A stretch of 50,741 bases of DNA from a virus (Duplodnaviria; Caudoviricetes), in the IMG/VR virus record IMGVR_UViG_3300032295_002749, positions 1 through 50,741 of that record; one strand, written 5' to 3'. The position numbers and the translations under genes were made by a program. Positions 19,101 through 28,195 of the stretch are shown here, in pieces. The notes beneath the pieces are model-generated. The model was not told the DNA's origin, did no database searches, and worked only from the letters and a program-made list of their open reading frames with translations. How positions within the stretch are numbered: the stretch's first letter is position 1; each line of letters opens with the position of its first letter.

Positions 19101-19855
19101 TATACTTAGCAGGAGGAAGTCAGAATACTGTCATAGGATCAGGAGCGGGATCTAATATAAATGGTTTTGTAACATCATCAATATACATAGGATATAATGC
19201 GTTTGGTCTTAATGCTGGTGGTTTAAGTGGACAAACAAATAATGAAATTGTAATAGGCGCTAATACTACAGGACTTGGATCAAACACTGTTACATTAGGA
19301 AATAGTAGTATAACAACAACTATATTAAGAGGAAATGTAGGTATAGGTATTACCTCTCCTTCAACTGCACTTCATGTAGTAGGAGCTGTATCTGCTTCTG
19401 CTTTTACTGGATCTTTATTTGGTACAGCTTCATTTGCTATATCTGCGTCATGGGCACCTGGAGGGGGTGGCGGAGGTATATCATTCCCATACACTGGTTC
19501 AGCCGTTATAACAGGTAGTTTAGTTGTAACTGGATCAACTGATTTAGGAATAGCTAGATTTAATTCTACTTCATCCGCAACAACAGCAGGTACAACAATA
19601 GTATCTTCAAACGCAACTGCATCTTATAATTCAGCATTTTATAACTACTATATATCATCTGGTTCAAACGCTAGAGCAGGACAAATTATGTCTGTATGGA
19701 GTGGTAGTACAATAAATTATACTGAAGTAACAACTACTGATATAGGAAATACTAATACTGCTTCATTTGCAGTAACATTAGCTACAGGAAATGTACGTTT
19801 AAGTTTTACAGCACCGGGTGTATGGACAGTAAAATCAATTGCTAATTTATTATAA
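16157..19855 (+). CDS. Long fibre-like virion protein (WKKVIVSGS family) with trimeric-autotransporter-head-like NTAxG repeats
   Basis: 1232 aa; MPNWKKVIVSGS; G.VGIGT..P modules; NTSVGVNAL.NNTTG.ANTALG.SAL repeats at about 18920-19300. Confidence 0.8.
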   Translation: MPNWKKVIVSGSDASLNSLFVTNAVTASRFSGSFTGSLFGTASWASNAVLLNNTSSTVFATTSSNIFVGNQTITGSLSISGSSSTSSYLLNASGTSRLTTLHVENLRNPDPFASGRIDLFVTNNPGDAAYAKLSVLVGGSPYSTIIRASGENGGTTTMLIDAPLPGGEIYIGTSGANRWTFSGNYNSLGTGHILPAGDSLYNIGHITSKVANYYGVNSYLSNLLSVTGSAIISGSTVITGSLNITNGITGSLLGTASFATSASQATTASYILQAVSASFASTASSADNFLVRGTLTAQTIVAQVITSSTDFVTGSTRFGSLLGDTHQFTGSVSITGSANINSSLTVSGSLGQTSISNNGETAVRVTRNSGNNFVNVQFINNVAGSAANTTLELSVSGSNNTLITKRSATAVTALDQIKANDFVLYNTTAGDIVLFNTAPNGNIIFSAGTTSTREMFISASGQVGIGTSSPLTALHVVGTVSASAVEAISITGSLLGTATTASFVTTAQTASFVNTLNQSVIITGSLTVGSSSLGANENTITLGARDTANEGGQIGFNAPGGTYTSASFIDNWQNQIRILRGTNATSDATVATWNLHTKQMQLPAYTGASSFPGTATANLAVDSGGNVITVSTSGGSVFPYTGNAVITGSLTVTQPIYVPINGAMYFQGGDDAALYDINVVNTMGIYGVQDITVGSVKLGSNGGTISGRSGSIGIGTITPNSASLHVSGNVWATSFTGSLLGTATTASYVLQAVSASFATLAQTANTASFVTTAQTASFVTTAQTASFVTTAQTASYVLQAVSASNANLLDGLDSTVFATTGSNTFIGNQTVTGSVILSGSAGVELTILGDQVNTGSLTVRSGSVTINTGSLVINSGSITVNTNGDSRVFASTFRPVGSFGQNLYIGHAGTTNTFTAGTEAAVNTSVGVNALNNNTTGYANTALGNSALNLCNTGYQNTAVGYLSLQSITNGRNNAALGDSTIYLAGGSQNTVIGSGAGSNINGFVTSSIYIGYNAFGLNAGGLSGQTNNEIVIGANTTGLGSNTVTLGNSSITTTILRGNVGIGITSPSTALHVVGAVSASAFTGSLFGTASFAISASWAPGGGGGGISFPYTGSAVITGSLVVTGSTDLGIARFNSTSSATTAGTTIVSSNATASYNSAFYNYYISSGSNARAGQIMSVWSGSTINYTEVTTTDIGNTNTASFAVTLATGNVRLSFTAPGVWTVKSIANLL
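18452..18540 (+). repeat. 27-bp tandem repeat (TASFVTTAQ x3)
   Basis: ACRGCATCYTTTGTWACAACYGCTCAA three times in tandem. Confidence 0.88.
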
Positions 19856-19866
19856 AATAAAGGTAT

Positions 19867-21468
19867 ATGGCATTTCATTGTGGACCAAGACCAGAAAATA
19901 TACTTCCTATATTTTTACTAAATGATTATCCAGGGGCATCTGCCGCTTATTCTCTTAGAAAAGTAGATTCTACATATGCTGGATCTGCTATTAAAGTAAG
20001 AAGATCGTCTGATAATACTGAACAGGATATAGGATTTGTTAATAATCGATTAGATACCGGATCTCTAACTACATTTGTTGGGTCTGGAAATGGGTTTGTT
20101 TCTGTATGGTATGATCAATCTGGAAATGGTAGACACGTAAGTCAATCCGTTTTGGCTAGTCAACCTCGAATAGTAAGTGCTAGCATAATAGAAAATATAG
20201 GAGGAAAACCAGTACTAAATTGGCATACTTCTTCTGTTTATTTAAATAGAGAAAATACAACATATAGTGCAAGTGCAGCTTTTTTTGTTGCACGAGCAAG
20301 CAGTTCTATGTCTACTTACGCTGCTGTATTTGGGGGTGCTAATTTAGGTTCATCAAATGGTGCTATACGAATATTTTTAACACAAGCATACTACGCTGCT
20401 ATTTCTACGGGTGTTAATACTGGAGGTGATTTAACATTTGCTAATGGTACTTTTTATATTAATGATAATATAATTAGTGCTAGTTTTGATAATAATAGGA
20501 AATATCATATAGGATCTGTTATGGCTGGAAGTGCAAGCAGAGTCTTAACTGCTGTGCAGATAGGAGTAGAAAATTCAGCTGCTAGAGCATGGTCAGGACA
20601 AATTCAAGAAATGATTCTATATCCTAACGACCAATCAGCTAGTAGAGTCAACATCCAGAATAATATAAATAGCTACTACGTAGCATATGATACTACAGGA
20701 TCTAGATTGATAGATCCATACATACGTGTTCCTGCAGCTTATTCTTTACGTTTAGTATCGTCAACTTATTATGATAGATTTGCTATTAGAGTAAGAAGAT
20801 CATCTGATAATGCTGAACAAGATATTGGATTTATAGGTGATGATTTAGATACAGCTTCCTTGCTTTCATTTGCTGGTGCTGGAAGTGCATTTGTTACTAC
20901 ATGGTACGACCAATCTGGTAATCAAAATCATGCTGTACAAACAACAGCAGCTAACCAACCCCGAATAGTAAATTCAGGAACTCTTGATACAGCAAACGGC
21001 AAACCAGCAATATATTTCAGAGGTACTACAGATAAATTAACGAGAACTCCGACTACGGGATATACATCAAACAATGTTGTTTTTGTTGCAAAAACAGATC
21101 CTTCACCTAATTCATATGCTTGCGTATTTAATGGAAGTACTAATACAAGACTTATACGATTGGAACAAACAAACGTATATTATAGACTAAATGGAGTAAC
21201 AGCTGGTTCTGACGACTACTATTTTGGAGCTAGCATGTTCTTTAATGGAGCTACTCCTTCATCTGGCAATAATGCTTTAAACCAACATTTAGTTTTTGCT
21301 AATAACGGAAGTCCCGCTACTACATGTCCTATTCTTGAAATTGGTTCTTATAATAATGCTGGATTTTGGAAAGGTCATATTCAAGAATTAGTTGTATTTA
21401 CTCAAAATGTATCTAGCAGCAGAGCAACAATAGAATCAAATATTAATTCACACTACTTAATATATTAA
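19867..21468 (+). CDS. Tandem two-domain ConA-like (arabinofuranosidase-B-like) carbohydrate-binding virion protein
   Basis: 533 aa; AAYSLR...AI.VRRSSDN.EQDIGF...LDT.SL..F.G.G..FV..WYDQSGN..H..Q....QPRIV occurs twice. Confidence 0.72.
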   Translation: MAFHCGPRPENILPIFLLNDYPGASAAYSLRKVDSTYAGSAIKVRRSSDNTEQDIGFVNNRLDTGSLTTFVGSGNGFVSVWYDQSGNGRHVSQSVLASQPRIVSASIIENIGGKPVLNWHTSSVYLNRENTTYSASAAFFVARASSSMSTYAAVFGGANLGSSNGAIRIFLTQAYYAAISTGVNTGGDLTFANGTFYINDNIISASFDNNRKYHIGSVMAGSASRVLTAVQIGVENSAARAWSGQIQEMILYPNDQSASRVNIQNNINSYYVAYDTTGSRLIDPYIRVPAAYSLRLVSSTYYDRFAIRVRRSSDNAEQDIGFIGDDLDTASLLSFAGAGSAFVTTWYDQSGNQNHAVQTTAANQPRIVNSGTLDTANGKPAIYFRGTTDKLTRTPTTGYTSNNVVFVAKTDPSPNSYACVFNGSTNTRLIRLEQTNVYYRLNGVTAGSDDYYFGASMFFNGATPSSGNNALNQHLVFANNGSPATTCPILEIGSYNNAGFWKGHIQELVVFTQNVSSSRATIESNINSHYLIY

Positions 21469-21470
21469 TT

Positions 21471-22331
21471 ATGGGAATATCAGGTGGACCAAATATAGTA
21501 AGAGATAGTAGTTTAATATTAGATTTAGATGCATCTGATGCTAATAGTAATTATAGAACTGATGGTAGAATATGGAATGATTTAAGTGGAAATAATAATA
21601 GTGGATCTATCATAAATGGAGTTGCCTTAAATAATGATAGTTATGGCAGTTTCATTTTTAATGGTACAAATAGCTATATGCTTTTACCAGCCAATTTTTT
21701 TAATCACAATGCAGGAACTCCTTTTACTGTTTCATTATGGTTTAAAACATCCACTGCTGGAATTATATTAGGGCAACAAAATACTAATTCTCCTACTAGT
21801 GCGTCTGGATATACTCCGGCAATATACACCGACAGTAATGGAAAGATTAGAACATCCTGTTTTTGGGGAGGAGTTGAAACTAACCAGTCAATATCAACAT
21901 TAACTGTTACTGATAATACGTGGCATAATATAACAGTTACTTTTGCTTCTAATTCTCAAATTAGTTATTTAGATGGAAATTCTTTTGCTACTTTATCTAA
22001 AACTCAAACTACTTATGCTTCTGTATATTATTATTTTATAGGAACAGGAGCCTGGGTTGGTTGGCCAAATCTAGGAGTTAGTCCATTTTTTAGTGGAAGT
22101 ATAGCAAATATGCTTTTCTATAATCGTGCCCTTAGTGCCACAGAAGTACAAGCAAACTATAATCAATTTCAATCTCGTTTTAGTTTAGTAACATCAAACA
22201 TAATTACATATGTAACATTAAATCAAGCAACAGCTATAGGGGTATTCAATGATAGTATAGAATTTTCAAATATAGTAGTTGGATATCCTTCATACGCATC
22301 AGCAAATGCTTTTGTTTTAGTAAATGAATAA
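21471..22331 (+). CDS. LamG / concanavalin-A-like lectin domain protein
   Basis: LILDLDASD...WNDLSGN.N...FNGTNSY...FTVSLWFK...WHNITVT...YLDG...YNRALSATEV..NYN. Confidence 0.82.
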   Translation: MGISGGPNIVRDSSLILDLDASDANSNYRTDGRIWNDLSGNNNSGSIINGVALNNDSYGSFIFNGTNSYMLLPANFFNHNAGTPFTVSLWFKTSTAGIILGQQNTNSPTSASGYTPAIYTDSNGKIRTSCFWGGVETNQSISTLTVTDNTWHNITVTFASNSQISYLDGNSFATLSKTQTTYASVYYYFIGTGAWVGWPNLGVSPFFSGSIANMLFYNRALSATEVQANYNQFQSRFSLVTSNIITYVTLNQATAIGVFNDSIEFSNIVVGYPSYASANAFVLVNE

Positions 22332-22384
22332 TCTACAATATAACAAATATGTATTGTAAAATACACACTCACAAATCAATATAA

Positions 22385-25300
22385 ATGGCAAAAAATTTAG
22401 TAAGAAATTATACCTTTAATGCAACCGCAAAGACAGTTGCGTTTTCTGGTAATTACACATTAAATCAACTATTGTTGATTACAAACACTACCAGGAATAT
22501 TATTATTTATAATTTTGCAGATTCTAATTTAGGTGCTACTAGGAGTTATAATAGTGCAACAGACACAACAACACTTACATTAACATATAATACTGCTCTC
22601 GTTATGGCTAATGCTGATACGTTACAGATATATGTTGATGATTTATATAATGAGATTAGACCTGACCCTGTATTATTAGATCCTGTTGATAAACAAAGGG
22701 TATCAACTCCCCAATCCTTAATTGATACTGACTTTGAATATAGTGCCCAAATTACAAAATGGGAAAATCTTGTTATGACAAATAACAGACCGTTTGCTTT
22801 TGCTATTCCTACTCAGATACCTTTTATTTCTAGTATAACAATGAATACTAACTCTAGAGTAGTAACTATTGTATTAAGTACAGGCGTTGCCCCAGCAAAT
22901 GGTACTCCAATTACAGTTCAAGATACTTATTTAATTATTGCAAATGGTAATTATTTAATTGAAACTGGTGGTGGTACAAATACCTTTACATATACTGCCC
23001 GAGCTACAAACACTACTACTATTACCTCTATATTTGATTCAAACAAAACAAATATATTTAGAGGCCAACTCTATACAGGAGCTAATATTGGTGGCGCTCC
23101 TACAATGACTTTTACCTCTTCAAAGATTGATGTTACAACAACGGTTCCTCATGGTCTTTCATTAGGTAATGAAATAGCAGTAAGTGGTTCAACAGCTTCT
23201 ACTAATGCACCAAATGGCTCATTTATTGTTTCAACAGTAATATCACCAACCAGATTTGCTTATTATGTACCTACAGGATCTATCCCTACAGGTACCTTAT
23301 CGGGTGCCGGGGCTAGAATTTATGTTAGACCTCCTGGACAAATATTACACAGACCGTTTGATGGTGGTGTTCAATTTTCTAGTAACGGTAGTTCAAATTT
23401 TTCACATACTGTTCGCCAAACAAGAAGATATTTTCGCTACCAATCAGGTAAAGGTCTTCAAATAAGCTCTGGTACTATTTTAAAACCAAATTTTCAAATT
23501 GATAGTTTAAGATCATCCGGCACAACAGTAACTGTTCAAACAAAAGAACAACATAATATTGTACCAAATGACACAATTACTGTTTTGGGTGCTAATGAAT
23601 CTGCTTATAATGGTACTTTTATTGTATCAAACGTAACAGGATACAATACCTTTACTTATACCGCTTTAACAACTCCATCTGCCGCTATTGCATCTGGTAT
23701 TTTTTCTTTATCAGTAGTTAACTGGTTTGGTGCTGTGAATAGATTAGGTATATTTGATAGTCAAAACGGAATGTTCTTTGAATATGACGGCCAAATTTTA
23801 AGTGCTGTTAGAAGAACATCCACTTTTCAGCTCTCAGGGGAAGTAACTATTACTTCAGGCTCAAATACAATTATTCAAACAAATCCTTCTTTTCCTACAA
23901 TATTTTCCAAGCAATTAGTACCAGGTGATTATGTTGTAATTCGTGGTGCTTCTTATAGAGTAATAGATATAGCTAGTGATGTAAGTATGTCTATTAGCCC
24001 ATCTTATAGAGGAGCAACTGCCCAGTTTGCTATTATATCTAAAACACAAGATATTAAATTCCCACAATCAACATGGAATCTAGATAGAATGGATGGTACT
24101 GGCCCTTCAGGCTATAATATAGATTTATCTAAAATGCAGATGTTCTATATTGACTATAGTTGGTATGGAGCAGGTTTCATTCGTTGGGGACTTAGAGCAT
24201 CTAATGGTCAAGTTGTATATTGCCACAAAGTAACAAATAATAATACTAATACAGAAGCATATATGAGATCAGGTAACTTACCTGCTCGCTATGAATCTCT
24301 AACATTGCCTCCAACAACAATATTATCAGCATCTTTTAATACTGCTGCTACAACATTATTTGTTTCAAGTTCAGCTGGTTTTCCTCTTTCAGGTACTTTA
24401 TGTATTAGAGATGCAAGCAAATATGAATTTGTAACTTATCAAGGTACAGGTTCAAATTCATTTAATATTGTAAGAAGAGAACAATCTGGTTCTTTAGGCT
24501 TTCTTTTAACAATGAATAGCGGATCTAATATAGGTTCAGTTGCTTCAACTGCAAGCTTACAAATAGGCCAAAGAATAATAGGATCTGCCTTCCCAGACGG
24601 TACTTTTATTAGTAATATTTCAGGATCTTTTGTAGTACTTACCCAAGCATCAACAGGTTCAAACCCAACAGTAATAGCAGCACCAATGGGTGTAGGTACA
24701 GCATCTAACTTTACATATGCAGCCGATGCTCCTGTAGCAGTTGAATTAGCATATCCAACATTTGCACCTTCAATATCACACTGGGGTACATCGGTTATTA
24801 TGGATGGTAGGTTTGATGATGATAAATCGTTGTTATTTACCTATGGCCAATCAGTAGCTACAAATATTCCTGTTGGACAAACAAGAGCTCTATTTTCAAT
24901 TAGAATTGCCCCTTCAGTTGATAATGGAATACCAGCAGCATTTGGCGCTCGTGAATTAATAAACAGGATGCAGTTAGTATTAAGACAGTTAGGTGTTGCT
25001 ACAAACCAAACAGTTAGTGGTAGTGCAATTAACTTACTAGTAAGAGCTAACCTTAATGGTGTACCAAGTGGATCTGTAGCAATACCATGGACAAACGCAG
25101 TATCAGGTTCAATAACAGCTGTTAACTCATCTTTAGCACAAATTGCTGACTATGCTGGTCTAAACTACCAAGTAATTGGTGGTGAAACAACAGCTGGTTT
25201 CTTCGTAGATGGTACAGGTACTAGTGATCTTTCATTAGTACGAGATTTAGGTAATTCAATTTTAGGTGGGGGAGGTAGTACATCAAATGATGGAATTTAC

Positions 25301-25399
25301 CCTGATGGTCCTGATATATTAACTTTCACTGCACAAAACGTAGGTTTAAATGCAGTAAACGTATTCGCTCGTTTAGGTTGGACAGAAGCACAAGCATAA
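22385..25399 (+). CDS. Large beta-rich virion structural protein
   Basis: 1004 aa; YTFN...LLLITN..RN.IIYNF N-terminus; RVSTPQSLIDTDFEY; repeated T...HGL..G..I.V.G...NG.F.V modules; RQTRRYFRYQSGKG and YIDYSWYGAG motifs. Confidence 0.7.
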   Translation: MAKNLVRNYTFNATAKTVAFSGNYTLNQLLLITNTTRNIIIYNFADSNLGATRSYNSATDTTTLTLTYNTALVMANADTLQIYVDDLYNEIRPDPVLLDPVDKQRVSTPQSLIDTDFEYSAQITKWENLVMTNNRPFAFAIPTQIPFISSITMNTNSRVVTIVLSTGVAPANGTPITVQDTYLIIANGNYLIETGGGTNTFTYTARATNTTTITSIFDSNKTNIFRGQLYTGANIGGAPTMTFTSSKIDVTTTVPHGLSLGNEIAVSGSTASTNAPNGSFIVSTVISPTRFAYYVPTGSIPTGTLSGAGARIYVRPPGQILHRPFDGGVQFSSNGSSNFSHTVRQTRRYFRYQSGKGLQISSGTILKPNFQIDSLRSSGTTVTVQTKEQHNIVPNDTITVLGANESAYNGTFIVSNVTGYNTFTYTALTTPSAAIASGIFSLSVVNWFGAVNRLGIFDSQNGMFFEYDGQILSAVRRTSTFQLSGEVTITSGSNTIIQTNPSFPTIFSKQLVPGDYVVIRGASYRVIDIASDVSMSISPSYRGATAQFAIISKTQDIKFPQSTWNLDRMDGTGPSGYNIDLSKMQMFYIDYSWYGAGFIRWGLRASNGQVVYCHKVTNNNTNTEAYMRSGNLPARYESLTLPPTTILSASFNTAATTLFVSSSAGFPLSGTLCIRDASKYEFVTYQGTGSNSFNIVRREQSGSLGFLLTMNSGSNIGSVASTASLQIGQRIIGSAFPDGTFISNISGSFVVLTQASTGSNPTVIAAPMGVGTASNFTYAADAPVAVELAYPTFAPSISHWGTSVIMDGRFDDDKSLLFTYGQSVATNIPVGQTRALFSIRIAPSVDNGIPAAFGARELINRMQLVLRQLGVATNQTVSGSAINLLVRANLNGVPSGSVAIPWTNAVSGSITAVNSSLAQIADYAGLNYQVIGGETTAGFFVDGTGTSDLSLVRDLGNSILGGGGSTSNDGIYPDGPDILTFTAQNVGLNAVNVFARLGWTEAQA

Positions 25400-25406
25400 A
25401 ATTATT

Positions 25407-26159
25407 ATGGCAACACACTTTGCATTTGGTAAAATAGTAACAGACGGATTAGTATTAGCATTAGATGCTGCTGATAAAAACAGTTATATAAGTGGTAGTA
25501 CTACTTGGAAAAATTTAACTGAAAATGCAAACAATAGTATTTTAACTAATGGACCTACTTTTAATTCTGATAATGGGGGAAATATTGTGTTTGATGGGAC
25601 TAATGATCATTTACTATTTAATCCATCCTCAAGTCTTACTGGATTAACATCTTTAACTGCAAATATGTGGTTGAAAATACAAGATCCAGGTGCCGTATTA
25701 TTCTATAAAAGCGATAATGATACTAGTAGAGGTTGGTTTATAGAATATGGTGATAATGTTAACGGTACTGGTAATAATGGATTCGGATTTTCTGCAGTAA
25801 GTGCTGGATCTAATATAAGATATTATATAGCCAAACCTCAAATGATTACAGGAAGCTGGGCAAACTATACAATTACTTGGGATGGAACGTTTCCAGATAC
25901 AGCAGTAACCGCAGTAAAAATATATATAAATGGGGTTCAAAATACTAATACATCATACACACAAGCAGGAACATCAACTCGTCTCCCTGATACTAGTGCA
26001 GATCCTCTATCTTTTGGTCAATCTAATCCTACTGGAACTTCCAATGCAGACTATTACTCCGGAAGTGTGGGAGTTTTAATGTTATATAATAGAGCCTTAT
26101 CAGCCTCAGAAATCCTACAAAACTATAACGCACAAAAGTCCCGATTTGGTTTAACCTAA
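25407..26159 (+). CDS. LamG / concanavalin-A-like lectin domain protein
   Basis: IVTDGLVLALDAADKNSY..SGTTW...FDGTND...KIYINGV...YNRALSASEILQNYNA; paralogue of 21471. Confidence 0.82.
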   Translation: MATHFAFGKIVTDGLVLALDAADKNSYISGSTTWKNLTENANNSILTNGPTFNSDNGGNIVFDGTNDHLLFNPSSSLTGLTSLTANMWLKIQDPGAVLFYKSDNDTSRGWFIEYGDNVNGTGNNGFGFSAVSAGSNIRYYIAKPQMITGSWANYTITWDGTFPDTAVTAVKIYINGVQNTNTSYTQAGTSTRLPDTSADPLSFGQSNPTGTSNADYYSGSVGVLMLYNRALSASEILQNYNAQKSRFGLT

Positions 26160-26161
26160 CA

Positions 26162-26196
26162 ATATTTATTCATAGCTGTTGGACAGTGAAAACAGT
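26162..26196 (+). promoter_or_regulatory. ATATTTAT motif plus leader hairpin CTGTT-GGACAGTGAA-AACAG
   Basis: Motif 26162-26169; 5-6 bp stem 26175-26180/26191-26196 with purine-rich 10-nt loop, 7 nt before ATG 26204. Confidence 0.55.
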
Positions 26197-26203
26197 ATAA
26201 ATT

Positions 26204-27202
26204 ATGCCAAACGAATTCAAAGTCAAAAATGGCCTGCTTGTTAGTGGGTCAGCTAACATTAACTCCTCAGGATCAAGTGTATTTACTGTTGACGGCACGT
26301 CAGGTCGTCTATTTTCTGTTGATGATTCACTTTCTGGATCCTTATTTTCCGTCAATACAGCAGCTGGTCTTCCTATAATTGAAGCTTTTTCAGACAATAC
26401 TGTCCGTATTGGACAATTCGGACAAAGAGCACTTTTTGTATCTCAATCTAGAATAGGTATAGGTAAAGAAACAGGGTTAAATGGTTTATTAGATATCAGT
26501 GGTAGTGCAATAATCACAGGTTCACTTACAGTTATTACTGGCAGTAATATTGAATTCCAAGTTTTAAATACAGGTGTTAGAATTGGTAATATTATTACTG
26601 ATACTCATACTGTAACAGGATCTTTTAACATAAGTGGCAGTATTACCTCAGATGGAAACACAACAGTAACAGGTTCATTCATAGTTATCACAGGTAGTTC
26701 TAGAGAATTTCAAGTTACAAATATTGGAGTTAATATAGGTAATGTAGTTACTGATACTCATACTGTAACAGGATCTTTTAATATCAGTGGAAGCCAGACC
26801 CTAACAGGCTCATTCAACCTAAGTGGAAGTAATGTTCGAGGATTACCAGAACATATGATAATAGCTTTATCTGATGAATCTTCTTCTGTTCTTACTACTG
26901 GAAATAGTAAAGTAGTATTTAGAGCTCCATACGCAATGTATCTATATCAAATTCCAAGATCATCGGTTTCACAAAGTTCATCTTCAGGTTTAGTAACTGT
27001 AGATATAAATGAAAATGGTACTTCAATTTTAAGTACTAAACTATCAATAGATGCTAATGAAAAAACAAGTACTACTGCAGCAACTGCTGCTGTGTTATCA
27101 GATCAGAATATTGCAGATGATGCCGAACTTACATTCGATATAGATGCAGCTGGTACTGGTGCTAGAGGATTAAAGGTAACTTTATATTATCAAAGAGTAT
27201 AG
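26204..27202 (+). CDS. Fibre-like virion protein (MPNEFKVKNG type) with internal duplication and C-terminal beta-sandwich
   Basis: 332 aa; DGTSGRLFSVDDSLSGSLFSVN...GLPIIE module; 51-aa duplication with 34 identical bp at 26595-26628 and 26748-26781. Confidence 0.7.
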   Translation: MPNEFKVKNGLLVSGSANINSSGSSVFTVDGTSGRLFSVDDSLSGSLFSVNTAAGLPIIEAFSDNTVRIGQFGQRALFVSQSRIGIGKETGLNGLLDISGSAIITGSLTVITGSNIEFQVLNTGVRIGNIITDTHTVTGSFNISGSITSDGNTTVTGSFIVITGSSREFQVTNIGVNIGNVVTDTHTVTGSFNISGSQTLTGSFNLSGSNVRGLPEHMIIALSDESSSVLTTGNSKVVFRAPYAMYLYQIPRSSVSQSSSSGLVTVDINENGTSILSTKLSIDANEKTSTTAATAAVLSDQNIADDAELTFDIDAAGTGARGLKVTLYYQRV

Positions 27203-27204
27203 TT

Positions 27205-27837
27205 ATGAGTGGTTTTTTACTAAATTCATTTTTTTTTCAAGCAACAGCCGCTGCAGCAGGTATTACTTTTGTTAGTAGTTCAAGCACTACGGGAACTTCA
27301 ATTACACTTCCTACTGGGTTACTACAAAATGATATTGTAGTAATTTGTAGTATGAGTCCAAGTGATACTACAACTCTACCTACTGGATACACCGATGGTC
27401 AAAATGGAACTAGTAATCTCGTAAGATATAGATGGGCATATAAATTTATGCCAGCAACACCTGACACCACAGCATCTAATCTATCAGCAAATACGGTATC
27501 AATAGCTGTTGTTTTCAGAGGTGTAAATACTACAACAACTTTAGATGTTGCTGCTCCAACAAGAGCAACAAATGATAGAGATGATGCAGATCCTCCATCT
27601 ATAACAACTGTAACAGATAATTCTATGGTTGTAGCAGTTGCATTTCAGAGGCAATTATCAACATTGACTGCTCCTACAAATTTCACCTTAGCTGCAACTG
27701 CAAATAGAACTAATGGAACGGTAGCGGCTGCATACAGACTAAAAACACCAGCTGGTGCGGAAAATCCAGGTGTTTTCGGTCCTGGTTCCCTTGATTCGGA
27801 ATGGGTTGCTACAACTTTCGCTTTAAGACCAGCTTAA
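27205..27837 (+). CDS. Putative fibre-tip beta-sandwich protein
   Basis: 210 aa Thr/Ala-rich; ITFVSSS...ITLPTGLLQNDIVVI pattern; follows a fibre gene. Confidence 0.55.
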   Translation: MSGFLLNSFFFQATAAAAGITFVSSSSTTGTSITLPTGLLQNDIVVICSMSPSDTTTLPTGYTDGQNGTSNLVRYRWAYKFMPATPDTTASNLSANTVSIAVVFRGVNTTTTLDVAAPTRATNDRDDADPPSITTVTDNSMVVAVAFQRQLSTLTAPTNFTLAATANRTNGTVAAAYRLKTPAGAENPGVFGPGSLDSEWVATTFALRPA

Positions 27838-27856
27838 TAAAAAAATTAAAGAAAAT

Positions 27857-27888
27857 TTTGGTTGTTTCCCAAAAGTACTATATATTTA
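27857..27888 (+). promoter_or_regulatory. Bacteroidota-like -33/-7 promoter TTTG-N20-TATATTTA
   Basis: TTTG 27857-27860, TATATTTA 27881-27888; Bacteroidota primary-sigma consensus is TTTG-N19-21-TAnnTTTG. Confidence 0.6.
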
Positions 27889-27916
27889 TATACATCAAAT
27901 AAAAAATAAAAAAATT

Positions 27917-28195
27917 ATGGGATTATTTAGTTTTATTAAAAACCTATTCGGTAAAACCGAAGAAGTTAAAGCGCCTGAAGTTTTAGCTGTTGCTGAACAA
28001 CCATCTGTGCTAGAACAAGTAACTAAAGTTGAAGAAGCAGTTCAAGAAGTTGCTGAAGAAGTTAAACAAGCAAGAAAAGCAAATGCTGAAAAGCAAGCTG
28101 CTGCTAAAAAACCAGCTGCAAAACAATCTGCTCCAAAACAACCATCTACTAAACAACAACACGTTTCTAAACAAATTGTTAAAAAGAATAAATAA
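27917..28195 (+). CDS. Small protein with amphipathic N-terminus and Lys/Ala/Pro-rich basic tail
   Basis: MGLFSFIKNLFGK, acidic middle, AAKKPAAKQSAPKQPSTKQ tail. Confidence 0.65.
   Translation: MGLFSFIKNLFGKTEEVKAPEVLAVAEQPSVLEQVTKVEEAVQEVAEEVKQARKANAEKQAAAKKPAAKQSAPKQPSTKQQHVSKQIVKKNK

Noticed and set aside
6051-26781. Duplicated fibre segments considered as diversity-generating retroelement TR/VR pairs
   Set aside because: Differences are mostly third-position and not adenine-specific, both copies are coding, and no reverse transcriptase is in the window.
27229-27237. T9 homopolymer near the start of ORF 27205 as a phase-variation switch
   Set aside because: The frame is intact (NSFFFQ) and such runs are expected in AT-rich DNA; read-level length variation would be needed to support it.
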